In this document: positions 60,465 to 64,000 of the stretch, piece by piece
Layout of the letters: each line of letters begins with the position of its first letter
How positions within the stretch are numbered: the first letter of the stretch is position 1
Assembly: GCA_964016885.1 (NCBI GenBank)
Contig: OZ024741.1
Location: forward strand, 318,122,001 to 318,186,000
DNA: 64,000 nt
Direction: 5' to 3'
Origin: Eledone cirrhosa
Lineage: Eukaryota
The notes under the pieces: model-generated
Told to the model about the DNA's origin: nothing
What the model saw: only the letters and a program-made list of their open reading frames with translations
Databases searched by the model: none
Translations under genes and position numbers: made by a program

Positions 60465-61405
60465 AGAGAGAGGGTAAGTAAGGGACCTGGTGACGGTGGG
60501 CCCTGATTAACCTGGATCAATTGAAAGTTTTCGATGGGTTCGACCATTGTTATCTGGCAGCTATATTCAAAGCGGCGGGTTTCGGTCCTGTTTTCAGGAG
60601 AGAGATTGTTACAATATACAGCGACATCTGCTCGACCACATATCGGAGCCGTTCATTATCATGTGCCCGGTCCACCAAGGATGGCCTCTGACATTTCAGC
60701 CATTACAGTACAAGTTGGAAGCGTTGAGGGGCGTCTCAGAGATCCATGACAGCATATGCCGGAGACGTCATCGTGGTGGTGTCAAGCACCAAGCACATCG
60801 AAGTGATCTGCTCTAAGGGAGTGCAAGGTGATGACGGAAGCAAAAGTTAGCCAACAAAAGTCGGTGGGCCTGCGCTACGGCACCTGAGAGCAGGTCTCTG
60901 CCGTCCAACAGCGTCGTAGGATGCTGGACGGACGGATCGGTTAAGTTCCCTGAGGTCTGGTTCAGATTAAATATCCAGGTGGTCCAAACTGGGCCCAAGT
61001 AGAAAACAAGGAGGCGATTCTTACGCAGAAATGAACTGAGAGGAAGCTATCCCTGAAATGCTGGGTTCAGGTGGCGAACGCATGCATTGCGTTCGTCATC
61101 TACTACTGTCTGGCCGTCGTGTCGGTTCAAGTTTGACAGCAATGGAGTGCCTACTTTTTGGCTTTTTGTGAAAGAAGACAACTGGTAAGGGGCGCTTGCC
61201 TTAGTGGTCAGGGTGACTGTGGAATTTTTGGGTTTTATCCACGAGTGATTCTAGGAATTCTCTTACGTATATGGAGATTTTCTATTGTTTGAATTTCTTT
61301 TATATGTTTGTTGTTTTGCTAAACACATCTTTTACACGAAAAAACCCCACATTATATCATTATGTACCGGGCTTAACGTTTTCTTCGTGGCTTATAAAGA
61401 AATTA
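60465..61405 (+). mobile_element. Old, internally deleted Tx1 fragment (RT core plus 3' end)
   Basis: GGALINLDQ.K.FD..DH.YL, SAYAGDV, SNSVVG.WTDG.VK, ERKLSLK; 3' end CTTCGTGGCTTATAAAGAAATTAGTATTGTTATTATT. Confidence 0.8.
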
Positions 61406-61426
61406 GTATTGTTATTATTCATTATT

Positions 61427-61757
61427 TAGTTCAAATCCCTCCGAGGTTAGCTTTGCCTTTCATCCTTACGGGGGTCGATAAAATAAAGTACCAGTAATGC
61501 ACTGAGGTCGATTTAATCGACCTTCCCTTCCCATTCAAATTGCTGGCCTCGTGCCTAAAGTAGGAACATTTATTATTCATCATTTAGTTACGACCCTTTA
61601 GATCCTGACTGAGTATCAATCCCATCGAGGTCAACTTTGCCTTTCATCCTTCCGGGATCAATAAAATAAAGTACCTCTCACGTACTGGAGTCGATTTAAT
61701 CGACTTGCCCATTTCCTTCAAATTGCTGTCCTTGTGCTGGAAGTAGAAACAATTATT
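61427..61757 (+). mobile_element. Two truncated main-family SINEs directly after the Tx1 fragment
   Basis: Core CCGAGGTTAGCTTTGCCTTTCATCC twice; tails end GAACATTTATTATT and GAAACAATTATTAT. Confidence 0.8.
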
Positions 61758-62445
61758 ATACGTTGGATGCCACGAACAATAGTATCCATTTATTCGATCA
61801 GTATGAGCCTCCACTTTAAGAATCAACCATTATTCCAGTGAAAATTTTATACTTCCGGACCTTTGTGAAAGATGATATTGGATAAAACAGAAGTTGCAGA
61901 TTCTAGTAGAAAAAACAAAAACAAAACATTTTAGTAGTTTCTTTTGTTTGTGTGTTTGCTTTTCTTTCAAGCTATTTCCTAAAGATGTGTTTCACTAATT
62001 GAGTCTCGTTTGCAATTCTATACATGCATTTTTCTCCAGTTCACTAAGCAGAAATGTTTATAGAATTTACAGAGGTCATTTAAGTGGTGCCAAACTATTT
62101 TTTAAAACTGAAATTGTTATATAACTAGCAGCGTAATAAGCTAAGTACAATTTCTTTCTTTTGAAAGTCAATAATATCAGGTATAAATAAAAAAAATCAA
62201 AAGAAATAATACAACAAAATAAAACAAAAACATAAACAATAATCAACAAAAAAAATTTAAAATAAAAAAAGCAAAAACAAAACCGAACAGATATCCTAGA
62301 ATCGACCGAAGAGAGAAAAGTGATGGGGTTGATGCCGCCGGAATTTGAACACCAATATTCTGTAAAACATAAAATCCGAAATCAACTCACCCAACATGTA
62401 CACGGGGCAACTGACATAGCTTGCATGCATATATGCATACATGCA

Positions 62446-62479
<34 letters not shown>

Positions 62480-63789
62480 CATACATACATACATACATAC
62501 ATACATAGTAACTGCCTCAATATAAATCTTGAGAAGCTGGGCTTTACAGAAACAGAAACAACACAACTAGTTATGAAATTACAAGTAGAATCCATTAATA
62601 AAACAGTAAAGATATGCAAAATATTCCAACATTTCTGCATCTAATAACTTTATATACACTTGTACAGATACAGAACGTATGCACATGCACACATACAACT
62701 CAAAACATACACATCCATAGAATAACATCCATACCTGCACACACATGCATGCAGACATGCAGACATATCTATCTAGTTGATGTTGTGTAAATTCCAATGA
62801 GAGTCTTGTAACTATGTTAGAAACCGACTCTCTCTCTCTCTATTGGTAAACATTTGTGAAATTATAAAACCAGAAGAACATACATACATACATACTTTCG
62901 ACACGAGTAATCGCAAATATGGTATGGGAGACTATTCATTACATTTATGATGAATACTATCTCCAACAGTAATGCCACAACCATCAACCTTGTTAAATGA
63001 CTGGATACTCTTCTGATGATATACATTCAAGACATCTTTTATTCGAAATTGTAGAGATATCCGTCTGACTATTGAACTCACTTTACAAGTATTTGCTACA
63101 AACGACATGGCTGGACACAACATCAACATCAACAACACTAGTGAAGAATTGGAGAAAAGCAACAACGACAAAGGTAAAGAAAATCTTTTTAGTTGTAGTT
63201 ACAGAAGGAACCGAAACTCTAAATCGTATTTTTCTTAGAGTTACGAATCCAATAACGACCTATTTAATTGCTATAAGATGGCAAAAACATCTGTCTGTTG
63301 GTTATATGAACAGAATGAATTTTTATTGGGACGGACCTCACCCAGACCTAAATTATTTCACAGCTAAACATTTAAGTTAGCAAGCACCATTTGTCGAACG
63401 TAAATGTAACATAAACATTATTCAAAACAATAATGGAAGTGTGTAATCTCTCCTAGATCAGACATGCAGTCAACATGTATCACAACAGGCTGCCATGTTA
63501 CTTTGAATTTTAGCAGCCCGTTATATTTCGGCAAATTAACGTCTGTTTATATGCCCTAGTAACGACAGTGAAAGAATATCTTGGTGATATTAAAGAGGTT
63601 ATCAGTAACAAAACAACACAAAAAATGCCATCGTATATTTCAAAAATAGAAAAGAAATCACTGACCTACGAAAAAATAATTGGTCATGTGACAATGCATG
63701 TGACATGAGAAAAAAACAAAACAAAAAAAACTACACTCCTCACCCAAAAAGCACTCCTTGCAACAAACAGACATCACAGATGTCTCGAA

Positions 63790-64000
63790 AATCACACCTA
63801 CGCACCAGAACAAAATTTACCATGTACTCCTGCTTTGAACTTAGATCCTCCTCAATAAACTTGGTTTCAGATAAGGCTACAACATCCATTTTATAACGTT
63901 GAAGCCTGAAGCTCTTTCACCACAAGAGTAGACCTTTCAGAATGAGACGATGTCGGTTCACGGTCTAATAATGTTCGTACATTCCAGCAACCAACATTAA
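63790..64000 (-). pseudogene. Decayed RTE (BovB-like) endonuclease N-terminus, cut by the window edge
   Basis: NVGCWNVRTLLDR...ERSTLVVKEL..RYKMDVVALSETK. Confidence 0.75.

Overview
AT-rich, repeat-dominated eukaryotic DNA. The SINE families and microsatellite load suggest a mollusc, probably an octopus (inference, not tested). Only one host gene is supported: two minus-strand exons (14639-14429 and 12961-12752) of an M13 metallopeptidase (endothelin-converting enzyme/neprilysin-like). The rest is retroelements, small DNA-transposon derivatives, micro/minisatellites and one 200-N gap. The long ORF-track 'proteins' (YIYI..., HTHT..., LSLS...) are simple-repeat translations. The main finding is a ~14.5 kb stack (14.65-29.25 kb), just upstream of the first visible exon, in which the elements are separated by (AAT)n tracts. 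It holds two full-length and one truncated Tx1-type LINEs, an R4/Dong-type LINE and four tRNA-derived SINEs. The SINE 3' tail matches the Tx1 3' end, which suggests a microsatellite-targeting Tx1-SINE partnership. Also present: a Naiad-type Penelope element with an inverted pLTR in (TA)n, two well-formed hammerhead ribozymes (one inside a perfect 125-bp-arm palindrome), a hAT-like composite carrying two foldback cassettes of convergent tRNA-like units, and an RTE/non-autonomous pair tied to (ATGT)n. All calls come from reading the sequence by eye; no searches or folding programs were run.
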